Source: an uncultured Bacteroidota bacterium
GTDB taxonomy: Bacteria; Bacteroidota; Rhodothermia; Balneolales; HLUCCA01
Assembly (NCBI GenBank): GCA_947085565.1
Contig: CAMTWZ010000002.1
Location: forward strand, 3,921 to 67,920
DNA: 64,000 nucleotides
Reading direction: 5' to 3'
Shown in pieces: positions 33,001 to 42,929 of the stretch; the first letter of the stretch is position 1, and each line of letters begins with the position of its first letter. Position numbers and translations under genes: made by a program. Below the pieces are notes generated by a model, which was given only the letters and a program-made list of their open reading frames with translations, was not told the DNA's origin and searched no databases.

Positions 33001-34068
33001 ACGCTGAATGCCGTAAAACGTGGGAAAACCGTGGCGTCATTTCTTGGGGTTCCCATCATGTCGGGTGATGTAGCCATCGGTGTGATCAGTATCCAAAGCA
33101 CGACGGAGAAAAACCGATTCGGCGACAATGATCAACGTTTGTTGAACACCATCGCCGCGAACGTGGGCGTGGCTTTGGAAAACGCTGAAGCGTACAAGAA
33201 ACTTCGTTCCGCTTTGAATGAGCTCAAAGCTGCGCAAGAGCAGCTCGTGCAGCAGGAAAAACTCGCTTCGCTGGGTCAGCTTACCGCCGGTATCGCCCAC
33301 GAGATCAAAAACCCGCTCAATTTTGTCAACAATTTCGCCTCTGTGAGTTTGGAACTGATTGAAGAGGCCAGGCAGGATGTTGTCGGGTTTCAGTTCTCGG
33401 TTAACGGTGAAGACTCCTCGCGGAAAACCGAAAACGGAAAGCTCAAAACCCGTCTCGAAGAGACATTGTCTGACATCGCCCTGAATCTTAAGAAGATCCA
33501 CGAACACGGTACCCGCGCCGACAAAATCGTGAAGGGAATGCTGATGCACTCGCGCGGAAAATCGGGCGACATTCAGAAAACCTCCATTAATGGCTTGGTC
33601 GACGAGTATGTGAATCTGGCCTATCATGGCATGCGCGCAACGGATCCGTCGTTCTCGGTCGAGATCAAGACCCATCTGGATCCGGCAGTGGGTGATCTGA
33701 ACGTGGTTCCGCAAGACCTGAGCCGAGCGATTTTGAACATCGTGAACAACGCCTGCTACGCGGTGAACGAGCGCAAACGCGCCAAAGGCTATGCCGAGGG
33801 CGTGAAACCGACCGTTGTGGTTAAGACCAAGATGTTAAAAGACAGTGTACTGATCAGCATCCACGACAACGGAACCGGAATTCCGGACCATGTCCGCAAA
33901 AAGATCTTCGAGCCGTTTTACACGACAAAACCAACCGGGGAAGGTACAGGACTTGGATTATCCATGACCTACGACATCATCGTGCATACGTTAGGTGGTA
34001 GACTGGAGATCGAAACCATGGAGGGGGAGTTCACTGAATTCCTGATTCACTTACCTCATGCAAAATAG
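30040..34068 (+). CDS. Soluble histidine kinase with six tandem GAF domains
   Basis: Repeated FSESDVRLL...ALENARLF...QRNAELAVINSVQ units, then HisKA and HATPase. Confidence 0.92.
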   Translation: MMARNVVELAALLAQREAELAVIGSVQEALAAKRELSEIYTLVGDQIRDLFASPAAGIYTFDLETDTEHFQYLFEDGERVYPQPRPLNKLRKWIIANKSILHVNENAAEEILRITGDPLSSVPGTRLPKSLLFVPLIVDNEVRGCVSLQNLDEENAYSESDVRLLSTLVNSMNVALESARNFSESARLLAETVQRNAELAVINSVQRGLADQMDLQAIYDLVGEKIRDLFDAQVVVVATFDHEHQSEIFKYTFEEGRRHYPSPRRLDKIRQRLIKTQKMILINENSSEAYTTITGEAPKSLPGTQFPKSMIFVPLSIGSHVRGYVSLQNLDKENAFSESDVRLLNTLANSMSVALENARLFNETEQRNAELAVINSVQDGLVAEMDMQGIYELVGERIRTLFDSQVTGIVSFLHDEKKEHFNYYFEDGDRLYPSDRLYDNLRQKLIDERAIQLFNENTMELVSKINHQPFKAIPGTRVPQSVLLVPMIAGDQVRGYVTLQNLDREHAFSESDVRLLSMLTNSMSVALENARLFNETEQRNAELAVINSVQDGLVAAMDMQGIYELVGERIRGLFDAQVTGIYTFDTSRGLEIFQYLFEDGERLYPDHRPLNQIRHWLIKNKTILNISENADETVEKITGERHLPIPGTRLPKSLVFVPLIVNDEVRGCVTLQNLDRENAFSESDVRLLNTLATTMSVALENARLFSETTRLLAETEQRNAELAVINSVQDGLVREMDMQAIYDLVGERICDVLNTQTLIIRTFNHRTGLEHWQYAVEKGVRIEVDPRPLIWANKILVEKKDFLLINEKYEETAIRMQGTAITKGLAPKSAIFVPMIVGDVVVGSVSLQNVEREHAFSESDVRLITTLTNSMSVALENARLFDETNRLLRETNQRASELDTVNRISNALVAQLEFDALIHLVGDMMRDTFNADIVYLAMHDKEENTIHFPYYFGDVGKSRLFGNGITEKIITTKLPILVNEDIDKAYETLNAVKRGKTVASFLGVPIMSGDVAIGVISIQSTTEKNRFGDNDQRLLNTIAANVGVALENAEAYKKLRSALNELKAAQEQLVQQEKLASLGQLTAGIAHEIKNPLNFVNNFASVSLELIEEARQDVVGFQFSVNGEDSSRKTENGKLKTRLEETLSDIALNLKKIHEHGTRADKIVKGMLMHSRGKSGDIQKTSINGLVDEYVNLAYHGMRATDPSFSVEIKTHLDPAVGDLNVVPQDLSRAILNIVNNACYAVNERKRAKGYAEGVKPTVVVKTKMLKDSVLISIHDNGTGIPDHVRKKIFEPFYTTKPTGEGTGLGLSMTYDIIVHTLGGRLEIETMEGEFTEFLIHLPHAK

Positions 34069-34077
34069 GGACACCTT

Positions 34078-37000
34078 ATGGCGAATCTGATGGAAGTGAC
34101 GGCCATGTTGGCCCAACGGGAGGCTGAGTTGGCAGTTGTCGGTGTGGTTCAAGAGGCCTTGGTCTCGCGCAAAGAGTTGTCCGAGATTTACACGCTCATC
34201 GGCGAGCGCATTCGCGACCTCTTTGATGCGCAGGTGGTAGCCATCGCCACGTTCGATTTCAATGAGGGCGTGGAATTCTTCAATTTCACTTTCGAGGAGG
34301 GCAAGCAGTACTTCCCTTCCGAGCGACCTATCGACAATATCCGGAAGTTGCTTATCCAATCTGGTCAGATGATCCTGATTAATGAAAATGCGGATGAGCG
34401 TGTCACGGAGATCACAGGCAAACAAAGGGTGGTGGCCGTTCCTGGAACAAAACTCCCAAAATCACTCATTTTCATGCCCCTGATGGTGCAGGATGAGGTT
34501 CGCGGCTATGTGAGCCTTCAAAATCTGGATCGTGAACAGGCGTTTACGGATTCGGATGTGCGACTCCTATCCACTCTGGCCAACACGATGAGCGTCGCTC
34601 TTGAAAACGCCCGCCTGTTCAGCGAATCGACTCGGCTTCTTGCCGAGACCGAGCAACGCAACGCCGAACTGGCTGTGATCAACAGCGTGCAGCAGGGTCT
34701 TGTGGCCCAAATGGATCTTCAAAGCATTTATGATCTGGTTGGAGATCAGATCCGGGATTTGTTCAATGCCCAAGTGGTCGGCATTGCGACACTCGATGCC
34801 GATAATCAAACTGAAACCTTCGAATATGTGTTCGAAGACGGACGTCGTCATTTCCCCACATCACGACCTTTGGATAAGATCCGTCAACGCCTGGTCAAGA
34901 CCCGGCGCATGATCTTGATCAACGAGAATGCTGACGAGGCTTGGACCACCATTACTGGCGAGGTGCCGAAAGCTATTCCCGGCACAGCACTCGCAAAGTC
35001 CATGATTTTCGTGCCACTCGTGATCGGCGAGATGGTACGCGGGTATGTGAGTTTGCAGAATTTGGACCGCGAACAAGCCTTTTCAGATTCGGATGTGCGC
35101 CTTCTCAGCACCTTGGCCAACTCCATGACCGTGGCCTTGGAGAACGCCCGTTTGTTCAACGAAACCCAGCAACGCAATGCCGAGCTGGCCGTGATCAACT
35201 CGGTCCAGGACGGACTCGTTGCGGAAATGGACATGCAAGGCATCTACGAGCTGGTTGGCGAACGCATCCGCAGGCTGTTCGATTCGCAGGTGACGGCTAT
35301 CGTCACGTTCAACCACGAGACGAAAAGCGAGCATTTCAATTACTTGTATGAGGATGGCGATCGGCTCTATCCGCGCGACCGGTCTTATGACAAGGTCCGC
35401 CGCAAGATCATCGACGACCGCTCACCTTTGCTGTTCAATGAGAACGCAGCCGAAGAACTTTCCCTCATCAACGGTGAACCGCACAAGCCTGTGCCTGGAA
35501 CCCGGGTGGCGAAATCGGCATTGTATGTGCCTATGCTGGGTAGCGATTCGGTGCGCGGGTATGTGACGTTGCAGAACCTGGACCGCGAACAGGCCTTTTC
35601 AGAATCGGATGTGCGCCTTCTCACCATGCTCACCAACAGCATGAGCGTGGCCTTGGAAAACGCGCGGCTCTTCAGTGAAACCGCACGTTTGCTCACGGAA
35701 ACCGAGCAACGCAACGCCGAACTGGCCGTGATCAATAGCGTGCAAGACGGATTGGCGCGCGAAATGGACATGCAGGCCATTTATGCCCTCGTGGGTGAGC
35801 GGATTTACGATGTGTTGAAAACCACGCAAACGTTGATCATCCGCACCTTTAATCGCAACTCAGGGATGGAATATTGGCAGTATGCGGTGGAAAAAGGGAA
35901 GAAGATCGAGGTGGCGCCGCGTCCGCTCATCTGGGCGAACAAGATCCTGGTGGATACGAAAAAGTATCTGCTCATCAATCAGGATTATGAACTGACCGCC
36001 ATCCGCATGCAAGGAACGGCAATCACGAAAGGACTTCCCCCGAAATCGGCCATTTTCGTGCCGATGATGGTTGGGGATACGGTGGTGGGGTCGGTGAGTC
36101 TTCAGAATGTGGAAAAGGAAAACGCGTTCAGCGAATCGGATGTGCGTCTGCTCACCACGCTCACCAATTCGATGAGTGTGGCCTTGGAGAACGCGCGTCT
36201 GTTCAATGAAACCACGCAGCGTGCTCTGGAAATGGATACGGTGAACCGCATCAGCCGCGCTTTGGTGTCGCAGCTTGAACTCGACGCTTTGGTGAACCTG
36301 GTGGGTGAGCAGATGAGGGAGACGTTCCAAGCCGATATCGTGTATCTGGCCATGTATGACCGTGATTCGGGCATGATCACCTTTCCCTATGAATACGGCG
36401 ATAAGAACCAGCCTCGGAAATTCGGAAACGGGTTCACCGAGAAGATTCTCACTAGCAAAGAACCGCTGCTCATCAACAAGGATTTGTCGGAAGTGCGCGA
36501 ATCGCTCAAATCGAAGCGCATCGGCCGGGAAACCTCCTCGTTCATGGGTGTACCCATCATCTATGGCGATGAAGCCGTGGGTGTGATCAGCATTCAAAGC
36601 GTGGAAGAAGAGAACCGCTTCGATGAAGACGATCAGCGCCTTCTACCACCATCGCCGCCAACGTGAGCGTGGCCATGCAAAACGCCGAAGCCTATCGCAA
36701 GCTCAGTTCGGCCGTGTCGGACCTCAAAGCCGCGCAAGAGCAGCTTGTGCAGCAAGAAAAACTTGCTTCACTCGGGCAGCTTACCGCCGGCATCGCGCAC
36801 GAAATCAAAAACCCGCTCAACTTCGTGAACAATTTTGCAAGTGTGAGTCTGGAATTGATTGAGGAAGCGAAAGAAGAGGTTGACCGAATTTCTTCAACAT
36901 TCAACATTCAGCCTTCAACTTTAGGAGAGTCACTCGCCGACATCGGCATGAACCTGAAAAAGATCCACGAACACGGTACCCGCGCCGACAAAATCGTGAA

Positions 37001-37535
37001 AGGGATGCTGATGCACTCACGCACCAAATCAGGGGATATCCAGAAAACATCCATCAACGGTTTGGTCGATGAATATGTGAATCTGGCGTATCATGGCATG
37101 CGCGCAACAGATCCGTCGTTCTCGGTCGAGATCAAGACCGATCTGGATCCTACGGTGGGTGAGCTCAACTTGGTTCCGCAAGACCTGAGCCGAGCCATTC
37201 TGAACATCGTCAACAACGCCTGCTACGCCGTGAACGAGCGCAAACGCGCCAAAGGGTATGCCGACGACATGAAACCCACCGTGATCGTGAAAACCAAGTT
37301 GAAGAAAGACGGTGTGCAGATCAGCATCCACGACAACGGAACCGGCATTCCGGACCATGTCCGCAAAAAGATCTTTGAGCCGTTCTACACGACCAAACCC
37401 ACCGGGGAGGGGACTGGACTCGGATTATCCATGACCTACGACATCATCGTACACACTCTTGGTGGCAAACTCGATATCGTGACCGAAGAAGGGAAATTCA
37501 CTGAATTCCTGATTCATCTACCATTTTCAAAGTGA
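34078..37535 (+). pseudogene. Paralogous five-GAF histidine kinase split by a 1-bp frameshift near 36644 (real or sequencing error)
   Basis: ORFs 34078-36666 and 36663-37535 join as RLLTTIAANV if one base is restored. Confidence 0.8.
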
Positions 37536-37542
37536 GGACTTC

Positions 37543-38706
37543 ATGAGTAATCGCATTTTAGTTGTCGACGACGAACCCGATTTGCAGATGCTGGTGCTTC
37601 AGAAGTTCCGCCATCAGATCCGCGAAGGCGTCTATCAGTTCGAATTCGCCGAAAACGGCGCGGTGGCCTTGAAAATGGTGGAAGAGAATCCTGACTATTC
37701 GCTTGTGCTCACCGACATCAACATGCCCGAAATGGATGGCCTCACTCTGCTCGGACATTTGGGCGACCGAAAGCGTGCCGACCTGAAAACCGTGGTCGTC
37801 TCCGCCTACGGCGACATGGACAACATCCGCACCGCCATGAACCGCGGCGCATTCGATTTCATCACCAAGCCCATCGACTTCGCCGATCTGGAAACCACGA
37901 TGCTCAAAACCATCGACGAGGTGGGCCGCATCCGTGATGCGATGAAAGCCAAAGAGCAGCTCACCGGCATCCGTTTCGAGCTCGACACCGCCGCTCGCAT
38001 CCAGCAGAAGATCCTCAAGCGTGAGTACCCGCCCTATCCGAATCAGAAAGGCTTCGATATCTATGCGAGCATGGTCGCGGCGAAAGATGTGGGCGGAGAT
38101 CTGTTCGATTTCTTCTATCTGGACGACGACCGCCTCGCCTTTCTCATCGGGGATGTGAGCGGGAAGGGGATTCCGGCCGCGATTTACATGGCGGTCTGCC
38201 GGACCATGATCCGTGCCGTGGCTTCGCAGGTGGTGGATCCGGGCGAATGTCTGCGCAGAGTGAATGCCATGCTCATCCCTGAAAGTGAGATGACGACCTT
38301 TGTGACGGTGTTTTACGGCGTGTACAACACACGGACGGGGGAAGTCCGCTATTGCAACGGGGGGCATAATCTGCCCTATGTTCGGCGGGCCGATGCGTCG
38401 GTGGAAATGTTGGAGGCGACCGAAGGGCTGCTTTTAGGGAAGATTCCCAACATCGAATACGATGTGAAGAAAGTGAAGCTGGCCAAGGGCGATATGATCG
38501 TGCTGTTCACGGATGGGGTCACCGAAGCGATGGATCCGGATGGCGAGATGTACGAAGAGCCGCGCTTCGAGAAGTTTTTGGCCAAGCTGACCCATAGCGG
38601 ACCCGAAAATCTTGTGAAAGGCGCCATGGCCGATGTGCTTTCCTTTACTCGAGGTGCCGAACCATCGGACGATATCACGCTGTTGGCGTTACAGCATCTG
38701 GCGTAA
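37543..38706 (+). CDS. Response regulator with SpoIIE/PP2C phosphatase domain (RsbU-like)
   Basis: REC domain, VGGD, GDVSGKG, FTDGVTEA, DDITL. Confidence 0.92.
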   Translation: MSNRILVVDDEPDLQMLVLQKFRHQIREGVYQFEFAENGAVALKMVEENPDYSLVLTDINMPEMDGLTLLGHLGDRKRADLKTVVVSAYGDMDNIRTAMNRGAFDFITKPIDFADLETTMLKTIDEVGRIRDAMKAKEQLTGIRFELDTAARIQQKILKREYPPYPNQKGFDIYASMVAAKDVGGDLFDFFYLDDDRLAFLIGDVSGKGIPAAIYMAVCRTMIRAVASQVVDPGECLRRVNAMLIPESEMTTFVTVFYGVYNTRTGEVRYCNGGHNLPYVRRADASVEMLEATEGLLLGKIPNIEYDVKKVKLAKGDMIVLFTDGVTEAMDPDGEMYEEPRFEKFLAKLTHSGPENLVKGAMADVLSFTRGAEPSDDITLLALQHLA

Positions 38707-39327
38707 GACCCACTGCTGGCGTCCGCGTACGTAAGGCCCCGGCCGGTCCAGCTTCATCCGCTTCGGATTGGGCAGAACCACGGCCATTAACGCGGCTTGT
38801 GAAGAGGTCAACTTCACCGCAGGTCTGTCGAAATAACGCTGCGCCGCGGCTTCCGCACCATACACACCGTAACCGAACTCGGCGATGTTCATGTAGATTT
38901 CCAAGATGCGCTCCTTGGGAAGCACGAGCTCGAGCCATAACGTGTAACCGGCTTCCAGTCCTTTGCGGATCCAGCTTTGTCCGGGCCAGAGGAACAGATT
39001 CTTCACCACCTGCTGACTGATGGTGCTCGCGCCGCGCACCCGGCGGCCGCGTTCACGGTCTTTGAGCGCTTTCTGGACCGCTTCCACATCAAATCCAAAA
39101 TGGTCCCAGAATTTCTGGTCTTCCGAAGCCACAACCGCCTTCCCGACCCACTTCGAAATGTTCTCAGACGGTTCCCAGTCGTACGAATAGGTGGTCTGAT
39201 ACATCACCGCATGACGGATCATGAACGCGGTGGTAGGGACGGGAATCCAACGGTACAGAACCATCAGAACAAGAGGGGAAATCAGCAGGATGCCGACCAA
39301 CTGCAAAACCCGCTTAAGGAATCTCAT
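38689..39327 (-). CDS. mtgA: Monofunctional peptidoglycan transglycosylase
   Basis: SEDQKFWDHFGFD, GASTISQQ, KNLF, RKGLE. Confidence 0.93.
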   Translation of the reverse strand: MRFLKRVLQLVGILLISPLVLMVLYRWIPVPTTAFMIRHAVMYQTTYSYDWEPSENISKWVGKAVVASEDQKFWDHFGFDVEAVQKALKDRERGRRVRGASTISQQVVKNLFLWPGQSWIRKGLEAGYTLWLELVLPKERILEIYMNIAEFGYGVYGAEAAAQRYFDRPAVKLTSSQAALMAVVLPNPKRMKLDRPGPYVRGRQQWVLRQML

Positions 39328-39339
39328 TTATGGGGGATC

Positions 39340-40473
39340 TTAATACCCGCGACGAGTTCCGGTTCTGCCGATCGGCTTGACGTTCGCATGGCGACGGCCG
39401 TTCACTTCGAACACGCGAACAGGCTCTTTTTTGCCGACCATTTCGAGAGCGTCGATTTCGGTGAGGTCGAACACGTCTTCGACTTCCACCATGGTGCTTT
39501 CGCTGATGAAGATGGAATTCGGCTTTTGCTTGGTCATCGTTTCGATGCGTGAAGCCACGTTCACGGCGTCGCCGATCACGGTGTATTCGATGTAATCGGC
39601 GGTTCCGATGTTGCCGACGACCACTTCACCGGTGTTGATGCCGATACCGATCTTGATTTCCTCTCCGAGCACATCCTGATACATGATGTTCACCTTTTTC
39701 AAGGCTTCCATCATATCCAACGCGCACTGTACGGCGTTCTGTTGGTTTTCCAGATAGCTGTTAGGAGCGCCGAAGACCGCCAACACGCCATCGCCGATGA
39801 GTTTGTTCACCGAACCGAAGTTTTTGCGCACGGGCTCGGTCATGATTGCCCAGAAATCATTGAGGAAGGAGACCACATCGGTCGGACTCACTCGCGCAGC
39901 GAAGCGGGTGAAATTGCGGATATCCGCGAAAAGGATGGAAACGACCCGCGTCTCGCCCACAAGCACATCGTCGGTATTGCGATACAGGGTTTGAGACACG
40001 ACCTGCTCGGGAACGTAGCGTTTGAAGAGTTCCAGGATGCGGGTCTGCTCATCGACGGAGCGTTTGAGTTCCAGCGACAAGGATTTGTTGTCGTCGAGCA
40101 GGCGGACCTGCTGCACAGCCAAGGAAAGGACGGCTTGTGCCTCGTCGAAATCGAACCCGGCTTTGAGATAGGTGAACAGGCGTTTCGATTTTACGGCAGC
40201 CTTCACCGCATGCATGTCTTGTCCGGAAGTCATTAACACAGACAGCAATTGCGGGAAGGTGGCGTGCACGCTTTCGCAGAATTGGAGGCCGCTCATGTTC
40301 GGGAGCCGATCGGCGACCAAGGCCACATCCATGTCGAATTCTTTCAGGATGCGGGCGGCGGTTCGGGTATCGCTGGCGGTGAACACATTGAAATAGGGAA
40401 CGAGGCCGTCGCGCAGTTCACCCAGCGAGACTTCGTCCGTATTCAGGATCAATATGTTACCGTTGTTTTTCAT
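39340..40473 (-). CDS. Class III adenylate/guanylate cyclase with N-terminal receiver-like domain
   Basis: LFADIRNFT, KLIGDG, GINTG, IGDAVNVASR. Confidence 0.9.
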   Translation of the reverse strand: MKNNGNILILNTDEVSLGELRDGLVPYFNVFTASDTRTAARILKEFDMDVALVADRLPNMSGLQFCESVHATFPQLLSVLMTSGQDMHAVKAAVKSKRLFTYLKAGFDFDEAQAVLSLAVQQVRLLDDNKSLSLELKRSVDEQTRILELFKRYVPEQVVSQTLYRNTDDVLVGETRVVSILFADIRNFTRFAARVSPTDVVSFLNDFWAIMTEPVRKNFGSVNKLIGDGVLAVFGAPNSYLENQQNAVQCALDMMEALKKVNIMYQDVLGEEIKIGIGINTGEVVVGNIGTADYIEYTVIGDAVNVASRIETMTKQKPNSIFISESTMVEVEDVFDLTEIDALEMVGKKEPVRVFEVNGRRHANVKPIGRTGTRRGY

Positions 40474-40538
40474 TGGTATACACCAAATCACAACTTAGTG
40501 ATAGATACCGCTAAATGCAATACCTCAGAGACTTAGCG

Positions 40539-41177
40539 TCATGAGTTCTTGCCCAGGTACTTGATAACTGCCTCGGTTCGAGACCGGACGTGCAGCTTTT
40601 CATACACACGGCGAAGGTGGGTTCGCACTGTTTCGATGCTGATGAATAGCACATCGGCGATTTCCTGGTACCGGTAGCCCTTGGCAAGGTACCTCAAGAT
40701 GTCAAACTCCCGGGCGGTCAGGCTGTGCAGCTCATTTCCGGAGTCGGGTTGGGTTTCGCTCTGCGAAAAGAAGGAGACCACTTTTCGAGCGATTTGACTG
40801 GTCATGGGAGAACCTCCGGCATAGACGTCCCGGATAGATGTCAGAATCTGGCTGGGCTCGGTTCGTTTAAGCAGGTAGCCGCTGGCTCCGGCTTTCAAGG
40901 AGCGGAATATCTTGTCTGTGTCATCATACACGGTGAGCATGATGATCTGCAAGTTCGGAATCCTCTGTTTGAGGATTGCCGCGCATTCGATTCCACTCTG
41001 ATCGGGCAGGTTGATATCCATCAAAACCACATCCACCATGTCTGTTTTCCACTCTGAGATGGCCTGTTCTGCGGAAGAGAACAGATGGTGGCAACACAAG
41101 TCGTGGGTTTGGTTGATCAGATCTCGAAGACTGATGCGGATGTCTTCGTCGTCCTCAATAATGGCGATATGAATCAT
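40539..41177 (-). CDS. NarL/LuxR family response regulator
   Basis: MDINLP, GASGYLLK, LTARE, ETVRTH. Confidence 0.93.
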   Translation of the reverse strand: MIHIAIIEDDEDIRISLRDLINQTHDLCCHHLFSSAEQAISEWKTDMVDVVLMDINLPDQSGIECAAILKQRIPNLQIIMLTVYDDTDKIFRSLKAGASGYLLKRTEPSQILTSIRDVYAGGSPMTSQIARKVVSFFSQSETQPDSGNELHSLTAREFDILRYLAKGYRYQEIADVLFISIETVRTHLRRVYEKLHVRSRTEAVIKYLGKNS

Positions 41178-41208
41178 GGTGGTAAGATAAAATGGCAACG
41201 TGCCCGAT

Positions 41209-41257
41209 GGTATCCCCCGAACATGTGACTCGCAATATCACATATTCGGGGGATACC
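41209..41257. promoter_or_regulatory. Inverted pair of a 20-bp motif (TCACATRTTCGGGGGATACC)
   Basis: 41209-41228 (reverse) and 41238-41257; third copy at 41991-42010. Confidence 0.75.
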
Positions 41258-41328
41258 GCCGGCTGCGGCCGACTGCTATTTTAGTGCTTTGAAGGGCTCG
41301 TCAAAATCACGCGAAATCAATCATAAGC

Positions 41329-41949
41329 ATGAAAAGACTGTTTATCGCCATCATCCCGGCTCTATTGATTTATTTATTGACCGCAGAAACCCTTACGGCT
41401 AAGCCACCCGACGCAAGAATCGGAAATAACTTCCTCGTCTACGGAGGCACGTTGAGTGGGAGTGATTTGTTTATGGGCTTAGAATTTGATTACGACTGGA
41501 ACAACTACGGATACATTGAAAAACATAAACTTGATATCCGGATTTATTCTTTGCATGAGATTGGAGCGGGTACAAGAACTGACAATAGCGCTATTGGAGT
41601 TCGATTGAGAGAAGGATTTGGTGTTCAAGTTGCAAGAGCCACCACTTTTTACGACCTGCATGTCAGTCTCGGCTATCTCCCATTGGATGCTAACCTTTCC
41701 AATACTGCGATTTACTTCGGTTCTTCATTGGCATTAGGGGTACATGGTGAGGATTTCTCCCTTCATTATGAGCGAGGTGGGCATGGATTTGCAACCGGTT
41801 TTATCATTGCCTCTGAGGAAAATTCGTCTATCGTCAACAGTTTATTCGTACGCTATAAGTTGCCAAGGCGACACATGAAAATTCAAGCAAAAATAGTTGA
41901 GTCGTATGGTCAAATGAACATGTTTGCTGGAGCATGTCTTTTTTTCTGA
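41329..41949 (+). CDS. Exported hypothetical protein, probable small outer-membrane beta-barrel
   Basis: Signal peptide, alternating beta pattern, C-terminal Phe; AT-richer than flanks. Confidence 0.55.
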   Translation: MKRLFIAIIPALLIYLLTAETLTAKPPDARIGNNFLVYGGTLSGSDLFMGLEFDYDWNNYGYIEKHKLDIRIYSLHEIGAGTRTDNSAIGVRLREGFGVQVARATTFYDLHVSLGYLPLDANLSNTAIYFGSSLALGVHGEDFSLHYERGGHGFATGFIIASEENSSIVNSLFVRYKLPRRHMKIQAKIVESYGQMNMFAGACLFF

Positions 41950-41990
41950 TGCATTTCATTCAATGCATCGCTCATTTTTAAACCTCAAGT

Positions 41991-42010
41991 TCACATGTTC
42001 GGGGGATACC
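41991..42010 (+). promoter_or_regulatory. Third copy of the 20-bp motif
   Basis: tcacatgttcgggggatacc, followed about 15 nt later by tatagt. Confidence 0.75.
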
Positions 42011-42077
42011 GTATGACGGGTCTCTATAGTACATTCTTGGCTTGAGGGGTTTAACTACAGTCAAAAGGAGCCAATAC

Positions 42078-42929
42078 ATGATTCAATCAGTTAAAAAACA
42101 AGCCGTTCTTATGGCGCTGCTGTCAGTCGGACTAAGCGGATGCGTGGGGGCGATGAGAAAGCCGGATGACCGGTTCCGTGCGAAGAACAACTATACCTAT
42201 CTGCAAAATGCGAAAGAGATTCAGAACACTCAGAAGGGCATCGTCATCGGAAAAATTGACATCGATCCCGGACGTGCAGTCGGTTTGATTGGTTCCATGG
42301 TCACTAGCTATTATGAGACAGATGCCAACGCAGGGTCGATTTTCAGGATTAGCCGCATCGAGAACGGGCGCGTCACTCCGGAGACATTCAGCGTTCAATA
42401 CCACTATTCAAAGAATTACGGCATCATACCGTTGGGAACCGATGTCAAGACAGTGCCTACCAGAGACGTGTTTGCCGGGAATCTTCCAAAGAGCCGAGAC
42501 AAGGATTTCAAAGAGCTAGGCTCTGTAGGTATGTTGACTTCCGATCTGTTTCTTGGCACCACGCGCACCCGGCGAGCCCTGGCGTATAATACCAATTATC
42601 CTCCTGGCTGGTTCATTGTCCAATTGTCTCCTGGCCGCTACAAGATTCATGATATTCAGCATGAGTATACCAAAATCAAAAAGATTTCAAATACCATGGA
42701 TGAGCTAACTACCCGCACGTTCACCGTTCTATCCGATCAAAGTGTCGAATTCGAGGTTGTCGCAGGTAATGTGAACTACATCGGCAATTACAGGTATTCG
42801 TTTACAAACAATCAGGATTATGAGCTCATCCGAACGGTCAATGAAAACGACGCGGCATCGGTGCTGAATGTTGAAATGAAGCGTCGTGGCATCTCCGGGT
42901 TCAACTGGCCGAGGATTGTGTCGAAGTGA
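42078..42929 (+). CDS. Hypothetical lipoprotein
   Basis: LSGC lipobox, LSPGRY, VVAGNVNYIGN. Confidence 0.65.
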   Translation: MIQSVKKQAVLMALLSVGLSGCVGAMRKPDDRFRAKNNYTYLQNAKEIQNTQKGIVIGKIDIDPGRAVGLIGSMVTSYYETDANAGSIFRISRIENGRVTPETFSVQYHYSKNYGIIPLGTDVKTVPTRDVFAGNLPKSRDKDFKELGSVGMLTSDLFLGTTRTRRALAYNTNYPPGWFIVQLSPGRYKIHDIQHEYTKIKKISNTMDELTTRTFTVLSDQSVEFEVVAGNVNYIGNYRYSFTNNQDYELIRTVNENDAASVLNVEMKRRGISGFNWPRIVSK

